DNA of 64,000 nucleotides from Bacillota bacterium. GTDB lineage: Bacteria; Bacillota; UBA5301; Bu52. The translations under genes and the position numbers were made by a program. How positions within the stretch are numbered: position 1 is the first letter of the stretch; each line of letters opens with the position of its first letter. Shown here in pieces: positions 40,616-50,501 of this stretch. The stretch lies in contig JADBKO010000020.1 in assembly GCA_014896355.1 (NCBI GenBank), positions 21,852 to 85,851 on the forward strand, read 5' to 3'. The notes under the pieces were generated by a model. It saw only the letters and a list, made by a program, of their open reading frames with translations, was not told the DNA's origin and ran no database searches.

Positions 40616-41626
40616 ATGCCTGCACGTCAGGGATTGACCGGAAGGCAGAAAGCCGCCATCTTACTGATCGCCCTGGGGCAGGAGGCGGCCTCGGAAGTCT
40701 ACAAGCACATGCGGGTGGAGGAGATCGAGGATCTTACGCTGGACATCGCCAATCAGCGGCGCGTGGATCCCGCCACCCGCGACCAGGTGATCGCCGAGTT
40801 CTGGGACATGATCACCGCCCAGAACTACATCGATCAGGGCGGAATCGAGTATGCCCGCGAGGTGCTGGAACGGGCGTTGGGTCCGCAAAAGGCTGCGGAC
40901 ATCCTGAACCGCCTGACCGTCTCGCTGCAGGTGCGCCCCTTTGATTTCGCGCGCCGCACGGACCCCGGGCAGCTGCTGAACTTCATTCAAAACGAGCATC
41001 CGCAGACTATTGCCTTGGTGCTGGCCTTCCTGCATCCAGATCAGGCAGGGGCTATCCTCTCTTCCCTGCCGCCGGCCCGCCAGGTGGAGGTGGCCCGCAG
41101 GCTCGCGACCATGGACCGCACCAGCCCGGATGTTCTGCGCGAGGTGGAAAGCATCTTGGAGCACCGGGTTTCCGCCGTGGCGTCGCAGGAGTACGCTGCT
41201 GCCGGCGGCGTGGAGTCTGCGGTGGAAGTCTTGAACCATACGGACCGGGCCACCGAGCGGACCATTCTGGACGCCCTGGCGGAGCAGGATCCGGAGCTGG
41301 CCGAAGAGATCAAGCGCCGCATGTTCACCTTCGACGACATCGTGCTTTTGGACGACCGAGCCATCCAGCAGGTCATCCGCGAGGCCGATCAGAAAGATCT
41401 GGCCTTGGCCCTCAAGACTGCCAGCGAGGAAGTGTCCGCGCGGATCTTCAAGAACATGTCCAAGCGCGCCGCCGATATGCTCAAGGAGGACATCCAGTAT
41501 CTGGGGCCTGTGCGTCTGAGGGATGTGGAAGAGGCCCAGCAGCGTATTGTGGGCGTGGTTCGCAGGCTGGAGGACGCCGGCGAAATCGTGATCGCCCGGG
41601 GCGGAGAGGAAGAGATCGTTGTCTAG
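40616..41626 (+). CDS. fliG: flagellar motor switch protein FliG
   Basis: LTGRQKAAILLIALGQEAASEVYKHM... with the MFTFDDIVLLDDRAIQQVIRE motif. FliG N, M and C domains. Confidence 0.95.
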   Translation: MPARQGLTGRQKAAILLIALGQEAASEVYKHMRVEEIEDLTLDIANQRRVDPATRDQVIAEFWDMITAQNYIDQGGIEYAREVLERALGPQKAADILNRLTVSLQVRPFDFARRTDPGQLLNFIQNEHPQTIALVLAFLHPDQAGAILSSLPPARQVEVARRLATMDRTSPDVLREVESILEHRVSAVASQEYAAAGGVESAVEVLNHTDRATERTILDALAEQDPELAEEIKRRMFTFDDIVLLDDRAIQQVIREADQKDLALALKTASEEVSARIFKNMSKRAADMLKEDIQYLGPVRLRDVEEAQQRIVGVVRRLEDAGEIVIARGGEEEIVV

Positions 41627-42662
41627 GATCATCAAGGCCGAAGAACGGCTGGACTGCGATCCCTATCTCGTGGAAGCGCCGTCGTTTCCTGAGCCTGAGC
41701 CAGGGCCCGAACCCGGCGGGGCTGCTACCCCCGGGTTAGGGACGCAGCCGGGCGCAGGCACCCAAAGGGTAGGCCGCGCGGACCGGGAGACCCCTGCTGG
41801 ACCCTCCGCCGATGACGCTTACCGGGACGGCGCGGCCCAATCTGCCGGCAAGGTGGGGGGCGGGCGGAGGGAAACGGGCGCCCGGCCCGCGCAGACCCGC
41901 GTGAAGGTCTGGATCCCGGCCGGGAAGGAGGCCCAGGCCCGAGGCAGCCGCGCATACAAAGGCCGGGCCCTGTTGGCGCCCGGGCGCAGCGCCGTAGCCC
42001 GGATCCGGACCGGCGCCGAGGAGCAGGCCAACCGGGTGCTGCAAGAAGCCCGGCAGGCGGCAGAAGCCTTGCGGGCCGAGGCTCAGGCCCTCAAAGACCA
42101 GGCCCATCAGCAAGGGCATGAGGAGGGTTTCGCCCAGGGCCGCCGGGAGGGATATGAGCAGGGGCTGGAACAGGGGCGCGGCGAGGGCCGGGAGGCCGCT
42201 CGCAGCGAGGTGTTGGCACAATGCCAGCTCGTTGCCCGCATGGCCCAGGAGTTGGCCCAGGATCGCCAGCAATTGCTGGAGGCCGTGGCTGGAGACGTGG
42301 TGAAGCTGGCGTGGGCCATTGCGGAGAAGATCGTGCACGGCCAGGTGCAAAGCGACCCCGAGCTGGTGCAGCGCACAGTGCGATCGGTTCTGTCACAGTT
42401 GGGGGATGACACCCGCGTGGTGCTGCGGGTGAACCCCGCAGAGCTGGAGCAGGTGTTGAATTGGGAACCCCGGTTCCGGACCCTGCTGAGTACGGCGGCG
42501 CAGCTGGAGATTCGGGGTGACCCTCAAGTGGAGCGGGGAGGGTGCGTGGCGGAATCTGCGGGTACCCAGGTGGACGGGCGCCTGAGCACCCAGCTGGCCG
42601 AGGTCGACGCAGCTCTGCGCCGAGTGGTGGCAGGGGGAAATTCCGGCGGCAGCACAGAGTAA
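41619..42662 (+). CDS. fliH: flagellar assembly protein FliH
   Basis: Charged coiled-coil centre (EEGFAQGRREGYEQGLEQG...) and C-terminal ...GGCVAESAGTQVDGRLSTQLAEV, typical of FliH. Positioned between fliG and fliI. Confidence 0.85.
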   Translation: MSRIIKAEERLDCDPYLVEAPSFPEPEPGPEPGGAATPGLGTQPGAGTQRVGRADRETPAGPSADDAYRDGAAQSAGKVGGGRRETGARPAQTRVKVWIPAGKEAQARGSRAYKGRALLAPGRSAVARIRTGAEEQANRVLQEARQAAEALRAEAQALKDQAHQQGHEEGFAQGRREGYEQGLEQGRGEGREAARSEVLAQCQLVARMAQELAQDRQQLLEAVAGDVVKLAWAIAEKIVHGQVQSDPELVQRTVRSVLSQLGDDTRVVLRVNPAELEQVLNWEPRFRTLLSTAAQLEIRGDPQVERGGCVAESAGTQVDGRLSTQLAEVDAALRRVVAGGNSGGSTE

Positions 42663-42707
42663 AAAAACGCCTGCAGGGGCAGAGCGGGCAAGGGAGGTGG
42701 ACAGGCC

Positions 42708-44147
42708 ATGGCGGAAACGGCAGTCAATGAGCACCCCAACTCCGACACGGAGAGCCTCCGGGCGGCGCTGCACCGGGTGCACGCGCTCTTGGAAAGCGCC
42801 CGCAAGCGCGTGGGCGAGATGGAGACTGTGCGGGTCAGCGGCAGAGTGGTCCAGGTCATCGGCCTGACCATCGAATCCATGGGGCCAGAAGCTCGCATCG
42901 GCGAGCTGTGCTGGCTTTACCCGCGAGGCGCCGGAGCGCCGGTCCAGGCTGAGGTGGTGGGGTTCCGGGACCGCCGGGTGCTGTTGATGCCGCTCGGGGA
43001 CATGGAAGGCGTGGCGCCCGGCTGTGAGGTGCGGGCCAGCGGCCAGGTTTTCCGCGTGCCGGTGGGCCCGGAGCTGTTGGGCCGCGTCCTGGATGGCCTG
43101 GGACGGCCCATTGACGGGCGTGGTCCCCTGACTGCCGTGCGCTTTCGGCCGGTCAGCGGCCATCCGCCCAATCCCTTGGCGCGGCGGCGGATCGACAGGC
43201 CCTTGGAGTTGGGCGTGCGGGCCGTGGATGCCTGCCTCACCGTGGGCCGCGGCCAGCGGATCGGCATTTTCTCCGGCAGCGGCGTAGGCAAGAGCACCCT
43301 GTTGGGGATGGTGGCGCGCAACACGGCGGCGGATGTGAATGTGATTGCGCTGGTGGGCGAGCGCGGCCGTGAGGTGCGGGAGTTTCTAGAGACGGACCTG
43401 GGTGAGGAGGGTCTGCGCCGCTCCGTGGTGGTGGTGGCGACGTCCGACCAGCCGGCGCTGGTGCGTCTGAAAGGCGCACAGGTGGCCACGGCCATCGCCG
43501 AATTCTTCCGCGACCAAGGCCGCGACGTCATCCTGATGATGGACTCTGTGACGCGCTGGGCCATGGCCCAGCGGGAGGTGGGCTTGGCCATCGGCGAGCC
43601 TCCGGCCACCCGCGGCTACACGCCCAGCGTGTTTGCCAACTTACCGCGGCTTTTGGAGCGCTCCGGCATGGGCGAGCGGGGTTCCATCACTGGGCTCTAT
43701 ACCGTGTTGGTGGACGGCGATGACCTCAATGAGCCCATCGCCGATGCGGTCCGGGGCATCCTCGACGGTCATATCGTCCTCAGCCGGCAACTGGCCGCCT
43801 TGAACCATTATCCCGCCATCGATGTGCTACAGAGCGTGAGCCGGGTCATGGAACACGTGACGGAACCTGCCCACCGGCGGGCGGCGGCGCGGTTACGCGA
43901 GGTCCTGGCCGTCTACCAGAATGCCCGCGATCTGATCGAGATCGGCGCCTATGTGGCGGGGTCCAACCCGCGCACAGATTGGGCCCTGGGAAAGATCGAG
44001 GCTGTGAATCAATTCTTGCAACAGGATCGGGATGAACGCTGCACCCTGCCGGAGGCAGTGGCTGCTTTGGAGCAACTGTTTAGCGACGAAGGTGGCGGCG
44101 CAGGGGCGGAAGGCCAGGGGGCGGCGGCAGAGCAAACCAGAGCCTGA
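42708..44147 (+). CDS. fliI: flagellum-specific ATP synthase FliI
   Basis: Walker A GSGVGKSTLLGM and Walker B VILMMDSVTRWAMAQREV with F1-ATPase beta-like fold. Confidence 0.95.
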   Translation: MAETAVNEHPNSDTESLRAALHRVHALLESARKRVGEMETVRVSGRVVQVIGLTIESMGPEARIGELCWLYPRGAGAPVQAEVVGFRDRRVLLMPLGDMEGVAPGCEVRASGQVFRVPVGPELLGRVLDGLGRPIDGRGPLTAVRFRPVSGHPPNPLARRRIDRPLELGVRAVDACLTVGRGQRIGIFSGSGVGKSTLLGMVARNTAADVNVIALVGERGREVREFLETDLGEEGLRRSVVVVATSDQPALVRLKGAQVATAIAEFFRDQGRDVILMMDSVTRWAMAQREVGLAIGEPPATRGYTPSVFANLPRLLERSGMGERGSITGLYTVLVDGDDLNEPIADAVRGILDGHIVLSRQLAALNHYPAIDVLQSVSRVMEHVTEPAHRRAAARLREVLAVYQNARDLIEIGAYVAGSNPRTDWALGKIEAVNQFLQQDRDERCTLPEAVAALEQLFSDEGGGAGAEGQGAAAEQTRA

Positions 44148-44179
44148 GCACCCCGCCAGGTGGGAGAGGTTGACCAAGG

Positions 44180-44680
44180 ATGGCTGTATACCGGTTCCGA
44201 TTGGAGAAAGTCCTGGATTACCGCAAGGACCAGGAAGAGGCGATTTGGCAGCACAGCGCCCTGCTGCAGCAGGAAGTCCAGCGCTGCCAGGACCTCCTGA
44301 GTGCCAGCGAGGCCCGCAAGGCCGAGGCTCTGGCCTCCCTGCGGGAGATGTTGCAGCAGGTGGTCGAGGCGGGCCAGATCGTACGCCAGAGGGCCTATGT
44401 AAGCTGGCTGGACGAAGAAGTGCAGGCGCGGCGGCGTGACCTGGCGGAGGCCCGCAGGCGTCTGGAAGAGTGCCGCAGCCAGCTGCTGCAGGCGCATAAG
44501 GACCGGCGGGTGCTGGAGCGACTTAAAGAACGGAGCTGGGAGGCGTTCTGCCAGGAAGACCAGCGCCAGCAGCAGAAGGCGCTGGATGAGGCAGCGGCCA
44601 ACGGCTTCCTGCGCCAGACAGCTCTCCAGGGCGCAGGTGTAGGTGCAGGCAGAGGCGAGGGAGGCGGCGGGCTTGGCTAA
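44180..44680 (+). CDS. fliJ: flagellar export chaperone FliJ
   Basis: MAVYRFRLEKVLDYRKDQEE...coiled-coil...HKDRRVLERLKERSWEAFCQEDQRQQQKALDE is the FliJ family pattern. Confidence 0.8.
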   Translation: MAVYRFRLEKVLDYRKDQEEAIWQHSALLQQEVQRCQDLLSASEARKAEALASLREMLQQVVEAGQIVRQRAYVSWLDEEVQARRRDLAEARRRLEECRSQLLQAHKDRRVLERLKERSWEAFCQEDQRQQQKALDEAAANGFLRQTALQGAGVGAGRGEGGGGLG

Positions 44681-45224
44681 GCTGGCGGGATTGGGCCGGT
44701 GGATTTTGGCCATCGTGGCGTTCCTGGTGGCTGCGGCAGTACTCATGGGATTCCTGGATTTTCTGGGACTGGTGAACACAGGGGACATGGCCCTCAGCGT
44801 GGCGGAAGCTCTGCCGTTTACCTCCCAGGCTGCCCATATCTACCGGCTCGGTCTGCGGGACAAGCAGGCGTTCGATCAAGAACGGCGGGACATCCAGAAC
44901 ATGATGGCCAAGCTGGAGGCGCTTCAAGCCCAGGTGCAGTCGCAACAACAAGGTCTGGAGGCCCAGAGGGCACAGCTGCGCCGGGACCAGCAGCAGGTGG
45001 CCAGCGAGAAAGCGTCGCTGGCGGGCCAGCAGAGGGCCGCCGCCTTGTATGGCGCCATGGATCCGGGAAAAGCGGCGCAGATCCTGGCAAACCTGGATGA
45101 GCGGGAGGCTGCGATCATGGTGGCCCACCTGGATGACAAGAAGGCCACGGCCATTCTGAGCAACATGCCGCCGGAAAAAGCCGCCCGGGTGCTGCACCTT
45201 CTCGGGCAGGGGCAGCTTCCGTAG
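44673..45224 (+). CDS. flagellar protein of the YlxF/FlbB type (transmembrane + coiled coil + MgtE-N-like domain)
   Basis: Transmembrane helix LGRWILAIVAFLVAAAVLMGF, Gln-rich coiled coil, and C-terminal ...AAQILANLDEREAAIMVAHLDDKKATAILSNMPPEKAARVL (MgtE-N-like). It occupies the fliJ-[ylxF]-fliK slot seen in Bacillus. Confidence 0.7.
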   Translation: MAKLAGLGRWILAIVAFLVAAAVLMGFLDFLGLVNTGDMALSVAEALPFTSQAAHIYRLGLRDKQAFDQERRDIQNMMAKLEALQAQVQSQQQGLEAQRAQLRRDQQQVASEKASLAGQQRAAALYGAMDPGKAAQILANLDEREAAIMVAHLDDKKATAILSNMPPEKAARVLHLLGQGQLP

Positions 45225-45338
45225 GGGGGTCCGCCCCTGGAAGAAGCATAATGTCCGCCTGCATTAGGACGGGCGATCCCCGCCCCCGGATGCAGGCGAG
45301 GCCCATAGGACAGTCTGCGGAGAAAGGAGGTGACACGA

Positions 45339-48071
45339 ATGAGCAACATTCAGTGGATCGGAGAAGGCCTGGAACCGGTCAATGCGCAGCGGATGCCTGA
45401 CGGCGGGCCGGCGCTAGCCAGGCTGGCGGCGGAACGCGCCCTCTCGGCGTGGGAGCCGGGGCCGCAGCTGAGTTCCTTCGTGGACCATCTGGCCCAGGCA
45501 GCCCGCGAAGATCAGGCCGCGGGCCGCAGAGAGGTGCCGGGCCGGCCGGCACTGGAACCGTGGCGCCGGGACCGGGGCCGGCCGCGGGAAGCGTCTCCGG
45601 TCGAGCGGGAGCAAACCCAATCAGTGCGGTCACCCGAAGGCGACCAGGGGCAGCAGGCAGCAAAAGTCCGCGAGCACCGTCGCAAGCCGCAACGGGCCGA
45701 AGCTGTGGCGCCGCCCCGGCGCCGGGAAGCGGGCACGGGTAAACCGGTGGATGGCGAGCCCACCTCCGGTGCCGCGGCAGCCGCGGTCGCCCTGAGCGGT
45801 CCTGAGGCGGTGGGCCGGGAGAACCAGATCGCCGTTGCACCGCATCCGGGAGATGTGGCGCCGGGAAATGGGGGAGACCCGGGCACCGCGTCCGGCTGCG
45901 GCGTCGGCGGGAGCCAAAGCGTGCCTGGCCAAGCGAAGGCAGGCGGGGCAGGCATCCTCGCGGGCGCTGTGGCTTCCGGGGCGCAAGGAGCGTCCCGAGA
46001 TTCAGCGGACCGGCAGGCACGGGCCATGTCGCCTGGCGCAGGGCCACAAGGATCCCCGGGTATGCGGGGGACGGTCGACTCCGGCGAGTCTCTGCTGGCG
46101 ACGCTGCTTCGCTGGGTGCAGGGGCAGCATCTGAGCCAGCGGGAGCTGGCGCTGCTGCGCCAGTGGGTGCCTGGGCTGGCGGACCTCAATGCGGCTACGC
46201 TGCAGAATCTGGTGGAGAATCTCTACCGCATGGCCCAGCAAGGCTTCCGCTCCGATGCCCCGGGGGCCGCGGCAGGGAGGCTGTACGCCTCCGCAACGCC
46301 GCTTTGGGGATCCAAGCCGGGCGCCATGTTGGCCGCCTTGCTGGCGCAGATCTCCGGCGTAGCAACCCGGGGAATCGCCGCGGCCGGCGCTGCGAGCGTG
46401 CAGGCCCAGACTGGAGCGGTTTCGGCCACCGCCGGTGAATTCGGGCTGCACTCCGGAACCGGGGCCAACGGCGCCCAGACGGCAGCCGCTGCCGGGCCCT
46501 GGCAGCAATTGGCCCAGGTCCTGGCCGCAAAGATGGCGGGCAATCCGTCCGATGGCCCTTCCGCCACGGGTATCGCGGGTACAACGTGGGCTATGACCGG
46601 AGCGCCGCAGGGGCCAGGGATGGAGACAATGGCCAAGGCCATCCTCACGGAGCTGTGGCGCGGTGCCCAAGGGCAGTCCGGCCCACCGGTGCCGGGGTTG
46701 ACCGGCGCAGGCGCGGCCGCTGAAGGCCAACCTGCCTTGCCGCCTCTGGTGGCCGCAGCTCTGGCAGAGGCGAAAGCTGCCTATTACCGGGGTACGCCAA
46801 TGACCCAAGGCGCCCCGGTCCAAAGCGGCATGGCCGCCGGTGCAGGTGGCGGAGGGCAGGCGCAGGCCGCACCTGGAACCCTGCCCAGCAATGCGGGCTC
46901 CGCCGGGATGGGAGCCTCCAGTTCCACGAGTTCCGCGGGATGGGGCTTCCAAACGGCCGCGGGACTTGCGGCAGCTGCGCCGCATCTGCGGGTGGCGCCG
47001 CCGGGGGCGCCCGGGGCCGGCAGCACCAGTTCCCTGGCAGTACCCCAGGCCGTGGCACCGGGAACAGATCTTTTGAGCGCCGGAGCCGGCTCGGCGGGGC
47101 TAAGCGTAACCGGTGCTCAGTCCGGCACTGACGCGACGCAAGGTTCCGTGGCCGCTGGTGCGACGGGCGGCGCCTCTGTCCGGAGCACCGTGGGCGCTCC
47201 CTGGCCTGGAACCATCCGGGGCGGAAGCGGCCTGGGAGCCTCCAGGGAGGGGATGATGCCGGGTGCAATTCCCGCTGCCCAAGCTACAGCGGGCGCAGCG
47301 GGCCAGGGACAACAACCCGGTACGGCCGCAGGGTCGGGTGGACACAGCTTCTCCTCCGGCCTTGCCGCGCAGGATTCCGGCACGAGGTCGGGGCAGACTG
47401 CCCAGTCCGTTGCCGAATCTGCCGGTGCTCCGGGCGGCTTCGCCACGGCCATGGGCCAGGCGGCTTCCGGCGTGGAAAGCGTACCATGCCAGCCTGGGGC
47501 TGCATCCCCGGCCTCGGTGCCGGGCGGGCGGGCGGAGGCAGCATCCGGCAACCCGGCTTCTGCACACGGGGCTGCGGCGGCGCCCAAGGAGGCTTTGGCC
47601 CAGGCATCCTTGCCGGAGCTGGCAGATAAGCTGGTCAGCGCCGCGAAACTGGCTGCGGTCAACGGGGAGACCCGCCTGCACTTGCAGCTGGTGCCCGAGA
47701 CCCTCGGCAGAGTCCTGGTGGAAATGACCCTGCGCCATGGGCAGTTGCAGGCCAACTTCCTGGTGGACAACGCGCAGGCGCGCCAAGCCCTGGAGGCCCG
47801 CCTGCCGGAGTTGCAGCAGAGCTGGCAGCAACAAGGCCTTCAGGTGGGCCAGATGGCCGTGCAGGTTGGGCAGCAATCTGCCGGCGGGGCACAGCAATTC
47901 GCGCAGCCATGGCAGGCCTGGAATTCCGGCGCCGCCCCGGCCACGGCCTACGCCGCCGGTGAGCGGGCAGGTTGGGCGGAGGCTTCCGTAGCCCAGCAGC
48001 AACGGAACGCCGTTCGGCAGATTGGTGCGGCCTACTGGCTTCCAGATGGAAGCTTGGACGCCCTGGCATGA
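45339..48071 (+). CDS. fliK: flagellar hook-length control protein FliK (unusually long, ~910 aa)
   Basis: The C-terminus ...LPELADKLVSAAKLAAVNGETRLHLQLVPETLGRVLVEMTLRHGQLQANFLVDNAQARQALEARLPELQQSWQQQGLQVGQMAV is the FliK C-terminal (Flg_hook) domain. The preceding ~750 aa are Ala/Gly/Pro/Gln-rich low complexity. AGGAGG site before the ATG at 45339. Confidence 0.8.
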   Translation: MSNIQWIGEGLEPVNAQRMPDGGPALARLAAERALSAWEPGPQLSSFVDHLAQAAREDQAAGRREVPGRPALEPWRRDRGRPREASPVEREQTQSVRSPEGDQGQQAAKVREHRRKPQRAEAVAPPRRREAGTGKPVDGEPTSGAAAAAVALSGPEAVGRENQIAVAPHPGDVAPGNGGDPGTASGCGVGGSQSVPGQAKAGGAGILAGAVASGAQGASRDSADRQARAMSPGAGPQGSPGMRGTVDSGESLLATLLRWVQGQHLSQRELALLRQWVPGLADLNAATLQNLVENLYRMAQQGFRSDAPGAAAGRLYASATPLWGSKPGAMLAALLAQISGVATRGIAAAGAASVQAQTGAVSATAGEFGLHSGTGANGAQTAAAAGPWQQLAQVLAAKMAGNPSDGPSATGIAGTTWAMTGAPQGPGMETMAKAILTELWRGAQGQSGPPVPGLTGAGAAAEGQPALPPLVAAALAEAKAAYYRGTPMTQGAPVQSGMAAGAGGGGQAQAAPGTLPSNAGSAGMGASSSTSSAGWGFQTAAGLAAAAPHLRVAPPGAPGAGSTSSLAVPQAVAPGTDLLSAGAGSAGLSVTGAQSGTDATQGSVAAGATGGASVRSTVGAPWPGTIRGGSGLGASREGMMPGAIPAAQATAGAAGQGQQPGTAAGSGGHSFSSGLAAQDSGTRSGQTAQSVAESAGAPGGFATAMGQAASGVESVPCQPGAASPASVPGGRAEAASGNPASAHGAAAAPKEALAQASLPELADKLVSAAKLAAVNGETRLHLQLVPETLGRVLVEMTLRHGQLQANFLVDNAQARQALEARLPELQQSWQQQGLQVGQMAVQVGQQSAGGAQQFAQPWQAWNSGAAPATAYAAGERAGWAEASVAQQQRNAVRQIGAAYWLPDGSLDALA

Positions 48072-48131
48072 GACCAATGAAGGCACGCATGAAGTCACGC
48101 ATGAGGCCGGCGAAAAGGAGGTGCAAAACCC

Positions 48132-48578
48132 ATGTATGTCTCCGCAGCAGCACAGCTGATGGCGTTATCCCAGGCTACGGGGACCCAGACGGCCGCTGGT
48201 ACACAAGATTCCGCGCAGAAGCCCAACGATCTGGGCAAGGACGACTTCCTGAAGCTGCTCATCACGCAGCTCCGCTGGCAGGATCCCACCCAGGCCATGG
48301 ACGACCGGGAGTTTGTTTCCCAGCTGGCGCAGTTCAGCACCTTGGAGCAGACCCAGAACCTCTCCAAGAACCTGGAAACCCTGCTGGGGGCGCAGATCTT
48401 CAGCCAGCACCTGGCCCAGGCCGCCAGCCTGGTAGGGAAGACCGTGACTGTGCTGGATACGGACGGTAAGGAAGTCAGCGGCAAGGTCAGCAGCGTGCGG
48501 GTGACCCAGGGAACGGTTTCTCTGGTGGTGAACGGCAAGGAGTACGCCCTGACGGACTTGGTGGCGGTGGCGGCTTAA
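48132..48578 (+). CDS. flgD: flagellar hook capping/assembly protein FlgD
   Basis: ...LGKDDFLKLLITQLRWQDPTQAMDDREFVSQLAQFSTLEQTQNL... is the FlgD N-terminal motif. AAAAGGAGG site upstream. Confidence 0.9.
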   Translation: MYVSAAAQLMALSQATGTQTAAGTQDSAQKPNDLGKDDFLKLLITQLRWQDPTQAMDDREFVSQLAQFSTLEQTQNLSKNLETLLGAQIFSQHLAQAASLVGKTVTVLDTDGKEVSGKVSSVRVTQGTVSLVVNGKEYALTDLVAVAA

Positions 48579-48635
48579 GCTTGCCAGCGGTGGCAGTGTG
48601 GCAGTGGCGGCGATGGAAGGGAGGGAGGGACGCAG

Positions 48636-49103
48636 ATGGACGGCACAAGCCTGGAGATCCGGCGCCTGAATGAGATGTGGTCTGGCCGGCCCGCCACAGA
48701 GAAAACGGCCAGAGCGGGAGCAGGTACAGATCCGCTTCGCCAGGCCGTGGAAACCACCCTGGCCGGCTGCGCTCCGCCCCAGAGTTTCGCCGGGGCTTTG
48801 CAGCAGGCCATGGCGGCCAACACCCGTGTGGGCGTCCGGGCCGGCGCCGGACCGCTGAAATTCTCCGCCCACGCCTTGAAGCGGCTGGCGGACAACCGCA
48901 TCCAGCTCACCGCCGGCGACATACAAAGGCTGCAGGCGGCGGTGGACAAGGCTGCCGGCAAAGGCGCGCGCTCGTCCCTGATTCTCATGGACCGCATGGC
49001 CTTCATTGTCAGCGTGGAAAACCGCACCGTCATCACGGCATTGGAGGAAGGACGGGCCCGGGAAAACGTGTTCACCCAGATCGACAGCGCGGTGATCACG
49101 TAA
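48636..49103 (+). CDS. flagellar operon protein (TIGR02530-like, in the flgD-X-flgE slot)
   Basis: ...FSAHALKRLADNRIQLTAGDIQRLQAAVDKAAGKGARSSLILMDRMAFIVSVENRTVITALEE...ENVFTQIDSAVIT. The position between flgD and flgE and this pattern match the Firmicutes 'flagellar operon protein'. GGAGGGAGGG site upstream. Confidence 0.65.
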   Translation: MDGTSLEIRRLNEMWSGRPATEKTARAGAGTDPLRQAVETTLAGCAPPQSFAGALQQAMAANTRVGVRAGAGPLKFSAHALKRLADNRIQLTAGDIQRLQAAVDKAAGKGARSSLILMDRMAFIVSVENRTVITALEEGRARENVFTQIDSAVIT

Positions 49104-49271
49104 GGACGGGCAGGATCAGGGGCCGGCGAAGCGTATGGCGCGCCGGCGAAACAACCCGCAGCGCGGGCAGATTCAAATCTCATAGCTGGAATCGGGGCTG
49201 GACCCTTCCGGGAGGCCCCCGCCGCAGAAAGACCGAAGCGGCGGCCAGCTGGAAAGGGCAGGTGAAGAACC

Positions 49272-50501
49272 ATGATGCGCTCTCTCTACTCGGCTGTGAC
49301 CGGCATCCGCGCGCACCAGACGCGCATGGATGTCATCGGGAACAACGTAGCCAATGTGAACACCATCGGCTACAAGGCCGGGCGCGTGAATTTCCAGGAT
49401 ATCCTCTATCAAACGCTGTCTTTGGGCGCCCCACCCTCCAATGTGAGAGGCGGCGTGAACCCGGAGCAGATTGGCCTGGGCGTGGCCGTGGGCTCCATCG
49501 ACAGCCTCATGACGCCGGGGCCCATGCAGATCACCAATGTGCCGACGGACCTGGCCATCAACGGTGAAGGGTTCTTTGTGGTGAGCCCCGACATCAGTGG
49601 CGCCACCCAGTACTTCACGCGGGCGGGGAACTTCATCACCGACCGGGATGGGAATCTGGTCTTGCGCAGCAACGGCATGCACCTGTTGGGTTGGGTGGCG
49701 GACCCGAGCGGAGCCATCAATACGAACACGCAGCCAGTGGGCCTGCAGATCGTGCAGGGCCAGCAGATGCCGCCGAAGGCGACGGATAAGATCACGCTGA
49801 GCCGGAATCTGGATGCGAACACGGCTGCAGGCGGGACCGTCGACCGGCTGATCACGGTGTACGACCAGTTGGGGGGCCAGCACACGTTGCGGCTGACGTT
49901 TACCCGCGGGACGGGGACGCCGCCTCCGAACGCTTGGGCGGTCACCGCCACGCTGGATGGGAATGCACTGACGCCGTCTCCTGGAACCATGAATTTCAAC
50001 GCGGATGGTACGGCCAATACCACGACCCTGACGGTGAGCGGCCTTCCCGCCGTCTTTCCCGCTAACATCACCCTCGACGTCTCCAACCTCACTCAGTATG
50101 CGGCGGAGACGGCCATTGACGCCGAGCAGAACGGCTACGTGAAGGGTGACCTGAGCAGCTGGGCCATTTCGCCAGGCGGGGTCATCACGGCCACCTACAC
50201 CAACGGCATCAGCCGGCCCATCGCCCAGATTGCCCTGGCCTCCTTCAGCAACCCGGCGGGCCTCTCCCGTCTGGGCCAGACGCTGTTCCGGCAGACGCCG
50301 AACTCCGGCTCGCCGCAGATTGGCCCCTCCAACACCGGCGGCCGCGGCGAGGTGACACCCAACGGGCTGGAGGGATCCAACGTGGACCTCTCCAACGAGT
50401 TCACGGACATGATCGTGACACAACGCGGTTTCCAAGCCAACTCCCGCGTCGTCACAACTTCCGACGAGATGTTGCAGGAGTTGGTGAACCTCAAGCGGTA
50501 A
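49272..50501 (+). CDS. flgE: flagellar hook protein FlgE
   Basis: MMRSLYSAVTGIRAHQTRMDVIGNNVANVNTIGYK... at the N-terminus and ...SNVDLSNEFTDMIVTQRGFQANSRVVTTSDEMLQELVNLKR at the C-terminus are FlgE signatures. Confidence 0.95.
   Translation: MMRSLYSAVTGIRAHQTRMDVIGNNVANVNTIGYKAGRVNFQDILYQTLSLGAPPSNVRGGVNPEQIGLGVAVGSIDSLMTPGPMQITNVPTDLAINGEGFFVVSPDISGATQYFTRAGNFITDRDGNLVLRSNGMHLLGWVADPSGAINTNTQPVGLQIVQGQQMPPKATDKITLSRNLDANTAAGGTVDRLITVYDQLGGQHTLRLTFTRGTGTPPPNAWAVTATLDGNALTPSPGTMNFNADGTANTTTLTVSGLPAVFPANITLDVSNLTQYAAETAIDAEQNGYVKGDLSSWAISPGGVITATYTNGISRPIAQIALASFSNPAGLSRLGQTLFRQTPNSGSPQIGPSNTGGRGEVTPNGLEGSNVDLSNEFTDMIVTQRGFQANSRVVTTSDEMLQELVNLKR

Noticed and set aside
45379-48153. Numerous overlapping ORFs on both strands inside fliK (for example 45379-46047, 46002-46985, 47100-48098).
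   Set aside because: The fliK ruler region is extremely GC-rich and repetitive at the amino-acid level. These alternative frames are stop-free by composition. None has a start context or motifs.
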